Positions 36,461 through 50,319 are shown, numbered from the whole stretch's first letter. The stretch is DNA of 61,462 bases, filler included, from Sphacelaria rigidula (GCA_964200075.2; 10 parts of 10 records of this genome joined end to end with filler, not necessarily neighbours in it); one strand, 5' to 3'. Numbers and translations are program-made. The notes: generated from the letters alone by a model not told the origin.

Positions 36461-36582
36461 CCGGCGAGAACCCGGCGTGCTCCGTCCCGGCTTTGTAGGG
36501 GCGGACCCCCGACGCGGTTGGCGTCGGTCGGCGGTGACGTTATTAAACACGCCACTCACTCCGTAAGCGAGGCAACCAGGCT
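36461..36582 (+). mobile_element. short dispersed element ending ACCAGGCTA
   Basis: CCGGCGAGAACCCGGCGTGCTCCGTCCCGGCTTTGTAGGGGCGG is identical at 49109-49152, where it starts TAGCCTGGT; related pieces at 17775-17840 and 55408-55465. Confidence 0.7.
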
Positions 36583-37136
36583 ACCGATTATTTTGCGCGC
36601 TTGCGTTTTTTTGCGGTAACCATGATGGTAGTCGAGCTAGCTCATGTTGTGCGGTGTGGGAGAACCTCAACTCCGCACAGTGGGCAGGATCGTACCACGG
36701 AGTGTTTAAATAGTGAGACACCCACGAGACAGTGTATAAGCCGTGGCTGTCTCTGGAGGTGGCGACACCAGAGAATAAAGCAGCTCATTGGAGGCTGTCA
36801 CCCAAATGCAAGATCATCAGTAGGCTTCGGGCCGAACAATCNNNNNNNNNNNNNNNNNNNNNNNNNNNNNNNNNNNNNNNNNNNNTTAATTAATTAANNN
36901 NNNNNNNNNNNNNNNNNNNNNNNNNNNNNNNNNNNNNNNNNGCCGGAACGAGCCTGGCTCTGTCTCCTTGTCTTTGTATTCCTTTCCTTACGTTCTATTC
37001 TTTTCTTTTTCTCTTTTTTAAATTATTTTTCTCCTTTTTTCCCGATCGCGAGCTGGAATGTTGCAATCAGCTACGTAATACGCGATCATCATCTATCTTC
37101 TTGTTGTGTTGTTCGCGTGCTTTGTGTTTGCTTTTA

Positions 37137-38236
37137 CAGGCTGCTTCACTGTGACCGCCCAAAATTGTGTCATCAGCATATGCCTTCCGCAATACGAACC
37201 CAAAAGTCGCATGTATAGTATCATACTGACCGCAATAAAGAGACGAAGAGGGCGACATAGCCGGATTTTTGTTTACGGTCGTAGCGGTGGCGCTATGGAC
37301 GAATATGTGTCTCAGCCAATCAACGCCCTTCAAACTGTTCCGAGATCGAAATTACTAATACCAAGCCCAATTTTCGCCCAATCTCTACAACATGCTTCAA
37401 ATTGTAGTAACCGTCATCGACACGGGAATCTAACGAGTAGATCATATTTTTTAAACGGTTACTACGGGCGTCGAATTATACCCGAAACCGTGATGTTTCG
37501 ATGATGTCGGGTGTCGGCGTCGTCTAATTTCCAATAATGACACGCACGAAAGACCCGGGGAGCCTCGTGACGGTGTCCCCTACATCTCTGTTGTAGAAAA
37601 GCTCAGATCGTCCTCAAACTTGGCAGTTCCGTGGGTTGTTGATGCTCCGAATGGAAAAAGAAACAAATATAAGGAAAATCATCGCCACGAGGCTTCCTGG
37701 CCGGGTCTACTTTTTTCGTGCGTATCATGAGTGGAAATCAGACGTCCCCAACACTTCACATCACCGAAATATTACGGTTTCGGATATAATTCGACCCCGT
37801 TAGAACCGTTTCAAATCTGTTTCTTCCGTTAGATTCCCGAGCTGATGACGGTAACTACGATTTGAAGGACATGGAGATTCGGTGCTTGGAATATCTGTTT
37901 TGTGACGGTTTAACAGACTACCAACTAGACGATTGGCCAGTCAGCGCTGACTTGTCAGTAGTCTAGTTGGTCGTCTCTTAAACCGTCACAAAAGGTAGTC
38001 GCTGGTTCGGTTCCCGTCGGACGCAATTTTATTTAGAACAATTTCAACGGCGTTGATTGGTCGAGACACATTTTTGTCCATAGCGCCACCGCTGTAACCT
38101 TAAACCAAAATCCGGCTATGTCATCATCTTCGTCTATTCATTGCGGTTAGTATGATATCATGTATGCGACAATTGAGTGCGTATTACGGAAGGCATTTGT
38201 TGACAGAATTTTGGGGTTTTCGCGTGAACCAGCCTG
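37137..38236. mobile_element. 1.1-kb diverged foldback element
   Basis: 37137-37580 aligns in inverted orientation to 37680-38236, except for an insertion in the right arm. Confidence 0.85.
37898..37993. mobile_element. ~95-bp hairpin MITE nested in the foldback arm
   Basis: TTTTGTGACGGTTTAA..CCAACTAGAC ... GTCTAGTTGG..TTAAACCGTCACAAAA; absent from the left arm. Confidence 0.8.
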
Positions 38237-41200
38237 TCTGTAGAAAAATATATAATATTCTACAATAAAAACTGTCTGTTACAAACAGCAGTAGCGGCTC
38301 GCTCATGAGAAATAAATGAGGTTATGAAGGAGATGAGACTAAGATTCGTGGGGGGAGAGGGGGGGGGGCAATAAAAACACCCAATGACGTACGCGCCGCC
38401 CTGTGTTTTTTCATTTTCGGCCCCAGAAATCCGGTACCGCCCGGTTTTCAAATACTATCGCTTTCGGGGTGTGGCTCATTATTAGCGCATTATTTTTCGA
38501 TCGAACTTGTGCGGTGAAAAAGGAAAACTCCAGTTTGATATGTTGTGATTTCAAGTACCGTATGAGACATCAACTCTTGGTTTATAATGTACTGACTAGT
38601 ATATATTGTAATATACCTGTCTTCTCAGGTAAAATGAGCAGCGTGGATATGACAACGGATCTGTGACGTCCAATAGTGAGCGAATGTTCTCTCTACAATT
38701 TTTCTTTTATTTACAACCCTGTTGGCTTAAAAGGGAAGGCACCATAAACGTGCCAGCTTTGCACACACGCGTGGAAGTCACACGGACCAGCCGATTCTCG
38801 CCATGCTTTCTACGGTTTCGAGGATGGGCAACACCGCGTCTAGGTATATGATTCGCCTGTATCTCATCTTTACCGTATGCCTCGATCTCTGCTCGTACTG
38901 CTGCTTCTTTGGATCTATCGCGTGTGTTGGTTTTCGCACATCACGGCTGGACGCGTGTACAATCGCCTGAAACAGCGACACGACGACGCATGCTTGTGTT
39001 TTAGGACTATCCCCGTTGTAGGCTGCGACCTCGAGATGCAATTCCATGTGGTCAAGCCGTCTTCACACAAATTTGTTTCAAGCAAGTCGCTACTGTACTT
39101 TCTGTCCCTGCTGCTGCTGCTGCTGCTGCTCTCTAGCACCACTGGTCCGCGTGCGAATTGTTGGTATTTGCACTTGCGCCGGCTCCTTCCTCGAATTTTG
39201 CAACCCGGGGCTCCCTCCGTTTTCGCCCTGGGAAGACAGCCTTCGCCCGTCGACTGAAGCACCGACTGCAGTCCGCTATATACCACGTGTAATTCTCACT
39301 CAGTCATGACTACAGATACTATTTGCACAGTCTCATGTCTGTGCATATAGTGTGCTGTGGTTCATGGACAGATTATCCTCACCAGGCTCCAGTGCACAAC
39401 AGTTGGTGCGTGAAAAACAGAGGGCTACGCTTTTTGTTCAGCTCCACACCTGTCGTGGTGTTGTGCCTCGCGATTCCGCGATGGTCTGTGCCGCGCGGTA
39501 GGGTGAGGGCTCGTGCCCCAATTTTTCACGCCTGACTTGTTTGGCGACGCTAGTGTTTTGACTCTCCCGCATTCCAGAAGGGCACGTCGTACAGCAGTTG
39601 CTTTTCCTTCCATGCTCTGAGCTCGTGCCTCATCACACGTCTTCGCTTCTTTTTTCAGGGGTGAACATCAACCATTGTACATGCATACGTGACGTGCATA
39701 CGTGTGCGTTCGCAAGCCCGTGCCTGTTTGATATCTAGCTGTGTGGTGTATGCTCGTTGGTCACAGGCTTCTTCGCCGCGTTGTAGATTACATGGAGGAC
39801 GCGCCCGCCCAAGTTCGTGAGGCAGCGAACACAACAAAACAAGACGCAACAGAGCACGCGTCGGCAGTATTGTCATTCGCACCCCTGCTGCGGATTGTTG
39901 CAAGTTAACACCATCTCTACTTGAAAGACCCGCTCCGAAATTGCACCTGACCTGTCGTGGACCGTACCGTCCGTAAAGGAACGGACTACTGATGTGCGTG
40001 AGCACCCCGCATAGATCTCTTTCGCAACTCTTCACCTTCCCAAAAACTCGCCGACTCTCGTATCTCTGTGTGTTGCTCGCCGCGTGCAGGGCGGGACGTT
40101 CCGTGGCTTCCCAGAGCAGGTCGTTGAATGTCGGTAAGTTGTCACGGTGTTCTATTTGTGTTCTCCAGCAAACCCGCTACACCCTGCAATGACCCAAAAC
40201 AGCCGCGATCATTCAGTACATGAGACTTGGTGAGCACACAATATCGCCGTTTAGGTTTATTGTTTTGGCTCGGAGATGCAGCTTCATGTACTAGCAGGAA
40301 ATACACAGGTCGCGACCAGAACCGGATGGCCATGTAGCTTCCTCCCTAGCCATGTTGGTGCAGGCGTTCTGTACATGCAAGCAGTGAACCCTGACTGTTG
40401 ACACTTTTTCGCATGGAAGGGAACTTGAACAGTCAGTTGCGCCCACTGAAGTACAAGACGTTACAGTGCTGTGGTAGGGAGTTCGTTGGCAACGATGTGC
40501 AGTGGCGCCTACTGCGCTGCTGCTGGCAAAAATTCGGCGGGAGCCTCCAGTTTGCTGCCGTGTATGCATGCATGACCCTTCCCCCATGCCCCTCGAGACT
40601 GTCATGATTCCTCCAGCAGATGTTCCGGTTTATGTAATAGAAACATGGACCTCCCAAATGCTCCGCCACCGGACGTAACACGAACTCCTCAGATTTTCTG
40701 ACAAGCGGTCTACTTTGAAATGGATATCACACATCTTATACTTGATACCCATCACGAATCAGGTGTACACGATCCCACCTGCATCAGGAGACACTAGCCA
40801 AGGATTGTTGGAAATTGAGACGTGTTTTACAGGGTTTGTCTAATCCATTACGGCGTTTTGCTGCCCGTAGGGATTCCGTCCTCTTGAATGATGAAAAGTT
40901 CCCTGATGGGAGCGGACCGAACAACTGAACGAGAACAACCGTCAAACAGCCGCCATGCGCATGCATATACCTTTTTTTTTGCGGGGCTATTCGTCGAAAG
41001 GCCCTCGTTTTTTGTGCCGACTCTCCGGCTGGCCCACTTCACGGCACAATTCTTGCCGTTTTTTCACATTCAATACCATATATCTGTTTATTCACGGATG
41101 TAATCAATTTATGTAAATAAAAGATTGTTTGAGGATGGATGGTTGGATGGTTGATTTCTTTTTTTGTGCAAGGGAAAGACAATATATAAAACATTATGCT

Positions 41201-41628
41201 CCGATATATTTATATGCGTATTTTGGTGAAATATGCGACACCTATGGGCTTTTTTTCGCGTCCTTCTTAGGGCTATTCCCGGCGGGCTCCTGGCAACACC
41301 GCCCATGAAACGTACCCCCCAGCAGAAAAACAAAACGTCATTAATTTCGAGATTTCATTCGTCGGTTTTTTATCAGTTTCACATCAACGTGAAGTAGCTC
41401 ACATACAGCGCCATAACCGATATCAGACCCGCAACAAAATTCAAAAAAAGGAAATACGAACACAAACTACGCCGCTAGTGCTGCACACGGGGTGCATGAT
41501 CGCGTTAGAGTACTATATGCGTCAAGTTATGCGTAAAACTTGGCTTTCATGCCTCAGGTATGCTGAAATCTCCAAAAGCATTGGTTTTGAAAAAAAACGC
41601 GTATGCTTTTGCGCAAGACCTCGTTCTA

Positions 41629-42121
41629 CAGGCGGGGCCGCCTAAGACGCAGACAGGGATGTGACCACGCGATTCAGCAGCTCAATTTTGGGTCGTTTTC
41701 TATAATATTTTGACACAACGTTCGGGACGTCTGTGCGAAGATGCCCTCATATGCCGCGTATATATTTTTCTTTAGTTTTGGAGTTGTCACGATTCTGTTC
41801 CGAAAAATCTGTTGTGAAACGTTGGGTCGCCTATAACTCACGGGAATCGGGGCGTCTTTGCACACAAATCCTGTATGCGTCGAAATTTCATAAAAAAACG
41901 ACCTGAAATTCAGCTCATGAATCGCGTGTGGGTGTCCAAGACTGGTTCTGATGTGGAGAATTACTTCGTTTGATTGGAACTCATCAGATCGCAGTGCTAC
42001 GTGAAGTGGAACACGCGTTGATTTACAAATCACCACGATGTGTGATCGTGAGCAACATTCGTGATGGATCGTCAGTTGGAACCGGCTGAAGGAAAGTCCG
42101 CTTCTTGGGCGGCCCAGCCTT
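41629..42121. mobile_element. Tc1/mariner-type MITE, TA flanks
   Basis: AGGCGGGGCCGCCTAAGACGCAGAC versus reverse complement of 42096-42120, about 4 mismatches in 25. Confidence 0.7.
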
Positions 42122-44549
42122 TATGCGGAAATATCTGCGTGCATAAAAAGCAAGAGCCCACATGGGAGTCGATTTTTGTTGTGAAATGTGAAATTATACA
42201 CATCAGAGGCACTTCAGTCAGGAATCGGCGGAATCCAGCACCAATGAATTGCGACTTCCGTATGAATTATGCGGTGAAGAATGCTTGTGATCGACTCGCA
42301 CACTTGAGTCACACCTTCAGTTGTAGTGTACGTACTACAGTACATGAGTGAACAGTTGCCTCGAGACCGATAGAGCAGCAGCATGGTTCGGTTTAATACC
42401 ATCTTCGTATGGCTGGTTGTGTCTTCCCGTGGCTGCGAGCGCACCATCGGCAGCGGCCGCCGTGCTGACGGGTGCAATCAGTAACCTGACGGTGCAGTAT
42501 GTCTGCACAATCCTGTGGCTCGCTTCCTTCGGAGCACGGGGTCTGGCCCACCCGGTCTAGCGGTGTATACCGGCGCTGGTCGTGTGTGCTTACCCATCCA
42601 TGTTCGGTATCGCGCAAGTGATGGGTCCTGGCAGCACCTCGTTCGTTTCATCGAAGACCGAACAGTTAACACACCGTGAAAATCGTACCAGTCAGAGTGT
42701 AGGCATCACGGCGTCCCGACCAAAAGTATATTTCACAGAGACGGACACAACAATACAAGGGAGACCAAGCCGTCGTCTTCGCAAGTTCTGAACACACACA
42801 CAGACGGTGATCGATAGCGACAGCACATGAAGGAGGACGTACGTGTTTGTGCTGCAGTACAGTGAAATGGAATTCGTCCCATGTTGAAGTTATTCGCCTG
42901 ATTTTTAATGGGCCCTCAGTTTCTGCCGGGTGCTAATCTTGGAACACTGCATACGTCGGACGAGCCATCACTCGTCGAGACGAGTGCACTCGTTGAGNNN
43001 NNNNNNNNNNNNNNNNNNNNNNNNNNNNNNNNNNNNNNNNNTTAATTAATTAANNNNNNNNNNNNNNNNNNNNNNNNNNNNNNNNNNNNNNNNNNNNGGA
43101 AAACACTGTTTTAGGCTTGAACCTCATCTCTGAGTTAAACCTCAATTCGCGCAATTTGTTGTTCCACGTAGTTGGGAACGCGTGACTCGTCTCCCTGAAA
43201 CATAAGCTGTACGAAGTACTAAACTATATTCCACTGAGCCACATCGAGTAACGTGCCCGACTATCTACTTGAATAAAGTACAGTCCTTGGATACAGTACA
43301 GACATTACTACGTTACCGTTCACTTGAATGCCATTAATCACGGGTGTCTAAATATCATGCAGGGCGCTCGCACGGATACTGTCTTGAATAGAGACACGTG
43401 GTATATATTACGAAATACTTGCATGTTGCGTGAGGACGCACGTGAGCACGGGATCGATACCCGACATCGCGCCAACAATTACTGGACTGCGAAGTCACTA
43501 TCGACCGTAGGCGTATCCACCGAGTGTGGGATAAAGACTATCGACTGAGCCGCTGTCACATCGATATGCGTATATTGAATGTGGAATACGGTCAAACACG
43601 GGCCGTATAAGCAAGGACTTTGATGCAATATCAATCGTACTCACGATGTCAACGTACCGCTGTGAGCCCCAGCTTATCCTTCCTCTTGCTCTTGATTGGC
43701 ACCTTTCTTTTTCTGCCCCGACCACATTTTTCTTTCTGAATCACTCCTTCCTTTCATCGCCCAGTCGCAACCTTCGATTCTATGTACGACCCGATCATCT
43801 ACATCGAACTATGAACAGAGCCTATATGAAGCCCGTTCATTTACGAGTTTTGGAAGCAATCGCCAGAACTTCTTTTGTTGGGGCCTGGACGTTTGAAATC
43901 CCTATTTTTTTGTTTGTGTGGCTGGAGCAGGATTGTTTTGAATTTCGGATTTTCCTGAGTTTTTCACTTTCCCCCGGTTTCGGCCCAACATGCGTCGTTC
44001 TCTTGCAACAAAACTTGGTATTTTCCATTTCCGTTCGGTATTCCCCAGGTACAAGCGTTGCTCTTCGTTTTACTTTGCCGCTTTGACTCTTCCGTCTTCA
44101 CTAGCGCATCGAAGCATCTTGTGCTTCTTCTTTTGAGTTTTCCTAGCACGCAGAAGCAGCTTAGACTTCTCCGTTTCAAAGTTTTTTCGTGCTTCTCGAA
44201 GCAGTTTGCGCTTCCCCGATTGAGGCATGAGAAGATTGAAATTCGCCCCACCTATCTATTTTTTGTTTTTATCGGCCGCTCATGACTCGACGTGTAAAAG
44301 AGATCTTAATGTTCGTCAAATTTTAAGAGCCCTGTGGCGCAGATGCGTCGCCATGTGGGGAATCTAATGGCAACCGTAATAGAGGCTTTTCTAGGCGGGC
44401 TAGTGTCACGGGGTTAAGAATCATTTACAGCATCTCCTTCCCAGGGCCGTAGGTTTATAGATGTCTGAGATCATAGATCTCCGATCCGAACAGTTGAATC
44501 ATAGTTGTCTACAATCCAAAGGATTCATGTCCGACCAGTAAACGAATCG

Positions 44550-44893
44550 GATGGTGTCCCCTAGCCCCAAAGATTCATGTCTGACCAGTAAACGGGTCGA
44601 TAACGCACTACAGCTTCATTTTGCCGATGATGTGAGTGAGGAAGGGTCGGCCGCTCTCTCCTTTACCTCTCGTCATGCCTGGATCCTCTACTGGTGAATA
44701 TGAGTGAGATCAAGTTTCTTTTCTTACTAAACCGATGGTGTCCCCTAGCCTCAAGGCGATGACGCACTACTGTTGCATTTTGCCGATGATGTGAGTGAGG
44801 AAGGGTCGGCCGCCGCCTCTCCTCCACCTGTCGTCATGCCTGAACCCTCTACTGGTGGGTATGAGTGAGGTCGAGTTTGTTTTCTTACTAAAC
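44550..44893. repeat. local tandem duplication (~160-bp period)
   Basis: 44603-44731 is similar to 44762-44892; a shorter repeat occurs at 44516 and 44567. Confidence 0.85.
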
Positions 44894-46329
44894 GACACGT
44901 TTTCTTACGCGTGTGCCTAAAAGATAGACAAAAGGGTGTGTCATAGTTTGTTTGATACAAGCTCCAAGGACAAGGTGGGTTGTTCTGCTTTGATATTCGG
45001 GTGCATTGCTCAGTGTGTTGCATATACGCAAGCAAACCTCTTTACACATCATGCACGGCGCTCGCACGGGTACTTACATGACTAGAGGCACGTGGTATGT
45101 AGTGAAATATTCGAGTGTTTCGTGGGGCTACATGAGGAGAGTCGTATAAGTGGGGTGGAGGATGTCGCGGCAACAACCTTAGTGGCGCGAACTCACGATC
45201 GAGCGTGTTCGTACACATCGGGCATGGGATAACGGACATCGTCAGAGCCGCTGTCGCACGCTATGCATTATACCCCCAATTAAAATACGGTCGAGCGCGG
45301 ACCATCTATCATACACTGTGCTGACACGGGTATCTACAAAACTAGAGGCACGTGGTACACATTCTGAAATGTATGTGTAAACATGTCGGGAGGAGATTCA
45401 AATCAACAGAATCGAGACCCGACATCGCTGTCATAGCTACAGTAGTGCGAACTTATTATCGGGCGTATGTATATGCCCCGGGCAAGTATCGACAGAGCCG
45501 CTGTCACAAAGTTATGCGCCATGCCTTCATTTAAGGAAGGTGCGGAGACATTAGTCTGCTACCACGCTGTACGGTTTGTTCAATATAACTCATCTACAAA
45601 CGTAAGCCAGCATTTGTGTGCAGGTGATTACGGGATATGCAGTAGTCCACGAGTACTATTGAGAAGGTCCCTGGCGGTCGGAGAACGGGAAATATCCGGG
45701 GATCCTGAAAATGGGGTCGAATTCGAAAAGGGGGCTGCAGCCACCTTCCGAAAAATCACATTTCCTCCGGAACAGTTTTGCAAAACAAAAGCATTTTTAC
45801 CGATCTTTTGTTTCTGTTTGAATTAAGCAAGTGTGGCTAGGCAGTGATGCTGCGGTAGGGGTTGCACTTTTTTGGCGAAACGTTTCTCGGAGCTGCTCGG
45901 GGTGTTGGACTGGTCATTTTGTGAATCGTCATCACTTTTACTTGAACAAGACTAAAAATGGTGCCGATTCACGAAACGTCTCCTGCGTGTAAACACCATG
46001 TTTCTGGGAGTCAAGTCCCCGGAGATTTGGGTTGCACAGTAAGCCCCATTTAAACAAAAAGTGCAACCCCTACCGTAGCATTGCTCTAGGTACACCCAAT
46101 GAATGCGATGTGCACGTTTGTCGATGATGATACCACCGGAGGAGCAATGGCTGAGAAGAAGCTCCTCCTTCGTGTCTTCGTGTGTCCTCGTTTGGCAATC
46201 CCCAATCGCTGGAGAAATTGGCATCATATTACCAGCATATACCCGATTTCCCAGCTCTTTCGTCAGCAGAAAAACGGCAGGCGGATTACTGTACAGCCCC
46301 CAAAGAAGATCCGGGCGCCCAGGGATCCG

Positions 46330-46830
46330 CATCTTGAATGATATAATCGTCTCTTGTCCGTGGCGCTGACCGATGCAAAACTTGAGTTCTCTCTTCCTCT
46401 CTCTCTTTCTGGACATGACGTGCCTCTATGCGCTACAGAACACGTCGTCGAAGTGCAGGGCGATGTTCCTGTCATCGCTACTGCTCTCACACACACGTGC
46501 GAGCAAGGACGGTTGCACTAAGATCCAATCGCATGTTGGGGGGATTATTATCATAATCGTTGACTCTTTCCCGACGTTAGCACAAGAACCAAAGTCTTAC
46601 ACATCCCTGTTGTTCGAGTGATCGAACACTCATGGAGATCTTCGTGGTATGAGGAGTAGAAAACATACCTCTGGCGGTGACTTAGCTGTTGCTGGCGTGA
46701 CCCACATGGGAGCTGACATACTGTAATCCGTGAGCATATCTGATGTACAATCGTTTGTATACGCCTGGGGGTGTGGGTGTTTTCCTTGCAAAAACTCGAC
46801 TCTGAGGAGGCCATCCCAAGCTGAGGCGAG
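46330..46830 (-). pseudogene. intron-containing pseudogene of an unknown family, copy 1
   Basis: Homologous to 50320-50720 over two exon-like blocks with a shared GT donor; contains a stop and a frameshift. Confidence 0.55.
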
Positions 46831-47329
46831 GCATTGTTTCATCAGGGACAAGAGTGTTCTATTGTTACCCAGTTGGCGTTTTATTTGGAACCCACGCCGT
46901 TAAGCGCTGATCAAGAAGATCTTGCCTAAGATATGTTGCTGAGCTAGCTTTTGAGCAGTGTAGTCGGCAGTAGCTCAAGGAAGCCCAGACACTTCCGCTG
47001 TCGCACTGACTGCCTGTAGCAATACGATGCTTACAATTGCACAAGTGCGAAATGCTATGATATTTCAATCTCAGTCCATAGAATCAAAACGGCTTTCAAA
47101 AACTGAGAGAAAGCGCTCCCTTTATGTTCGGTCAGACGTCAGCAAAGAACGATGCCACCACGCTTTTGCATGCTCTTCGGAACATTGCCTAGCACAGAGA
47201 GTTTTCTTCGAATGAAATTCCCGCACTTTTCAACATGTAAAGCGTTTCCAGCAATGAAACTCAGTTCTGAACATGAATGGATGCATTTTACTTAGGTTCT
47301 ATACTAATCGCTCTATATAACTTCCAACA

Positions 47330-48345
47330 ATGTCTGGCAAAACTACTCACAAGCTTAGGAGTAGTATGGACTTTCCGTCGTGAAAGAGACATTGTGAGGG
47401 TTTTGCCCTAGCAAGCAATTGTATGCAGGCATTTATTACAGTAACAGATATGCTGGTAGGCGACCCCGCTTGACCTCTCGATCGCTTGATTAAGGTTTAA
47501 GTGAGGAGGCAAGTATAAGACGAGCACGTATTGCCTCGATGTATTCAACGTTGAGCATCACGGAAAGTGATTTGCTAAGCGGGGTGTTTCACACTAATTC
47601 CCCTAGAGTAGGTTGGTGTGTGTCATGCAATTAGTTGTTGCCGAGAACTCTCTTCGTTCGGGCGGTCGAAATGGAAACGCCTTTTCAACGAATTACAGAT
47701 TGGGAAGAAGGAGGACCCGCTAACGTTTTCGCGCGTGTAGACAAGATACTGGGTTTGCTAGGATCACAAGGGGTACACACGCCTGTAGAGGATGTTAGTC
47801 TCAAGATAGTAGAGGTTCTCACGAAACACTGCGAACACGAGCAACGGACAACAATCTTGTGCAGAGACACCATCACCCGTGCTGAGATAGAGGCTATACC
47901 AAGACAGAGACACACACTAGTGGCTAGGAATAGTACGAAGAGTCGTAGTGCAGGGCAAGCTCTGGTAATGAGCAAGCCCACCCGCTGAAATCGCCATCAA
48001 GGTGGTGCTAAAGGTGACAGAGCTTCAAGAGCGTTTCTAGTGGTACTGTAGCAAAGGTTGACCAAAACAGCAGTACGAAGAATGTAGGTAAGAAGCACGG
48101 CGACATACGAAACAAGTTTCACCATTGCGTTGCATAGAGTCAGAACATCGATGGTTCGACAACACCGCACACGTCATCCCCTACGCGAAGAAACCACAGA
48201 GCGGCTCTGGTGAGATTATAGCGTGTTTGTCGATTGGCATGCATGGCGAGAAGGATGCGATAGGAGAGTGCGAGAAAAAAAGTAAGGATGGTACTGACAA
48301 GTGGATAGCTGATAGTGGCCCTACCTTTCATACTTCCTCCATCCC
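47330..48345 (+). mobile_element. decayed Ty1/copia gag-protease fragment
   Basis: Gag-like PANVFARVDKILGLL..KIVEVLT, decayed knuckle near 48120-48165, and copia protease motif KWIADSGPTFH at about 48300-48331. Confidence 0.8.
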
Positions 48346-48613
48346 ATAAGTGTGGTCGGTTATGGGCGGTCTCTTGTTTGGGTACAACGGTGTTGATGAT
48401 GGCCCTATAGTTGGGTTTTATAAAAAGATAAAGCGCATATGAAGCTGGTGAAAAAAAATAGAGAAAAAAGTGACCTCGTTTTCAATTAAAAAAACAAGGT
48501 CAGAATATACTCCGTTTTGGCGTTTTTCTGATAATTCTTATGACACTTGTTTTAGATGTTTTTTAGAATTCGTGTTAATCATCCTACACCTAGCCCACAG
48601 AGATCACAATACG

Positions 48614-49065
48614 ATGGACTTGCCCCCGAGTACCCCGCCCCCTCGCCGAACGGGTGGCGAGCTACGATTGGGTCGCTGTAATGCGATTACGATGGAGGTT
48701 GCGCTCGCTTTTCCACTGGGCAAGGTGAAGGTGCCCAAGGGCTCGCTGCGGCCAATTTTCGAACGCTACGGTGTTGGTCCCGAGTACCTGACGAAATCGT
48801 GAAAACAACGCCAAAGCCCACATCGACGCTATCCACCAGGCCGACCTTTCGAACACCACAAGGGCTGGACGCCCGTCACTCTTCACGCCAACAACGGTTG
48901 CGACGTTGATGAACGTCAACAAGCAGAGTCGGTCATTTACGCTCGGGCAGGTGTCTGATCAACTGAAAGACATCGGGCTGGATTTCGGTACGGAGACCGT
49001 GCGGCGGTGGTTCAAGATAGAAGGGGTGGCGAAGGTGGCTTGCCGCATCAAACCTTCCCTTTCCC
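48614..49065 (+). pseudogene. Tc1/mariner transposase N-terminal DNA-binding region
   Basis: RAGRPSLFTP, TLGQVSDQL..TETVRRWF..IKPSLS; stop and frameshift near 48800; catalytic domain absent. Confidence 0.75.
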
Positions 49066-49252
49066 TGCAAAGAGATATTTCCCATATTTCCCCCCCCTTT
49101 AGCCTGGTCCGGCGAGAACCCGGCGTGCTCCGTCCCGGCTTTGTAGGGGCGGNNNNNNNNNNNNNNNNNNNNNNNNNNNNNNNNNNNNNNNNNNNNTTAA
49201 TTAATTAANNNNNNNNNNNNNNNNNNNNNNNNNNNNNNNNNNNNNNNNNNNN

Positions 49253-49560
49253 TGTACTTGGATGCAAAAAGCAGTAGGTCCTCTGCGTGGCCTGTGCCGT
49301 TGGAACCTCTCTCGGCCATGGTGCGTACATTTAACGTGGCCACCACCAGCTCTTTGGATCGAGCCTCCGCCCTTGCGGCAGTACGATTCGCGTGAGCCTG
49401 AACTTTGTCGCTGAAGACTGCACCGGTAGCCGCCTTCATGACGGTGGAACGAACTGGAATCGATGACGTGCGCGCTTTCAGGCTCGGCTCCTCGTCCTGT
49501 GCTTGACTTTGCTGTCGAAGATCTTGTAGCTTTCTTGTTTGCTCCTGCATAATTCCGATA
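49253..49560 (-). mobile_element. RTE-like LINE 5' end (AP endonuclease N-terminus)
   Basis: ELVVATLNVRTM matches APE motif I (xTxNVRT); truncated by contig start. Confidence 0.75.
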
Positions 49561-50319
49561 GGATCTCCCTTACCGCGTCTTGGTCGGCTTTTGACATTTT
49601 TGCGATGAGTTCGTCTACTTTTTTTTCTCAGTCAATTTTTGATGTCTGAAGAAACCTTGAGGTTACCCTGTAGCAATGCGTAGCCCGATCGCTAGCGTAA
49701 AGGCTTCATTGCTTGCTCGGCGCAGCGGTCTATGTTTGAGGAAGGTCGTGGGACCTCTGTCTATGTATTAATCCCCCGGTTGAAAAATGTGTATTATACT
49801 CTCCACATCAAATGTAAAATCCCCACTTGTGCACTACCGAAAGGGGGGGGGTTTAATCACGGAAAAATCGCCCATGCAAAAATAACACGTCATAGCCTCA
49901 TTCCTTGGCCACGCGATGAGGCATGTGCCCGCCAGCAGATATATACTGCAACCATCATATCGAGTATACCTTAAATAACAGAACTGCATATCTTATTTGC
50001 CTTTCCGCCATATGTCATGACCCAATCACAATATCCACTTCCCTTGCATCCAGGCATGTGTACATGTATCTATCCTTGATTGTGAGTATATTCGATTACA
50101 CGCGTGTCGTTCACGATATCACCAGAGAGACAAGCAACGACAGAGATGAAGCTCCTCGTCCGTGTCCTTTGTGTGGCCTCGCTCGGCGATTACCAATCGC
50201 TCGAGAGACTGGCATCGTGCATGTTACCAGCATGTACTGAATTTCTCATGTGCCGATAGGCATGTTATTACAGTATACTGCTACGCACAGCCCCCCAAAG
50301 TACGTTGAGGTGCGGAGGA

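Noticed and set aside
41950..41995. Hammerhead ribozyme core (CTGATGA) on the minus strand; also checked 35422 and 58460
   Set aside because: No canonical GAAA with stems I and III.
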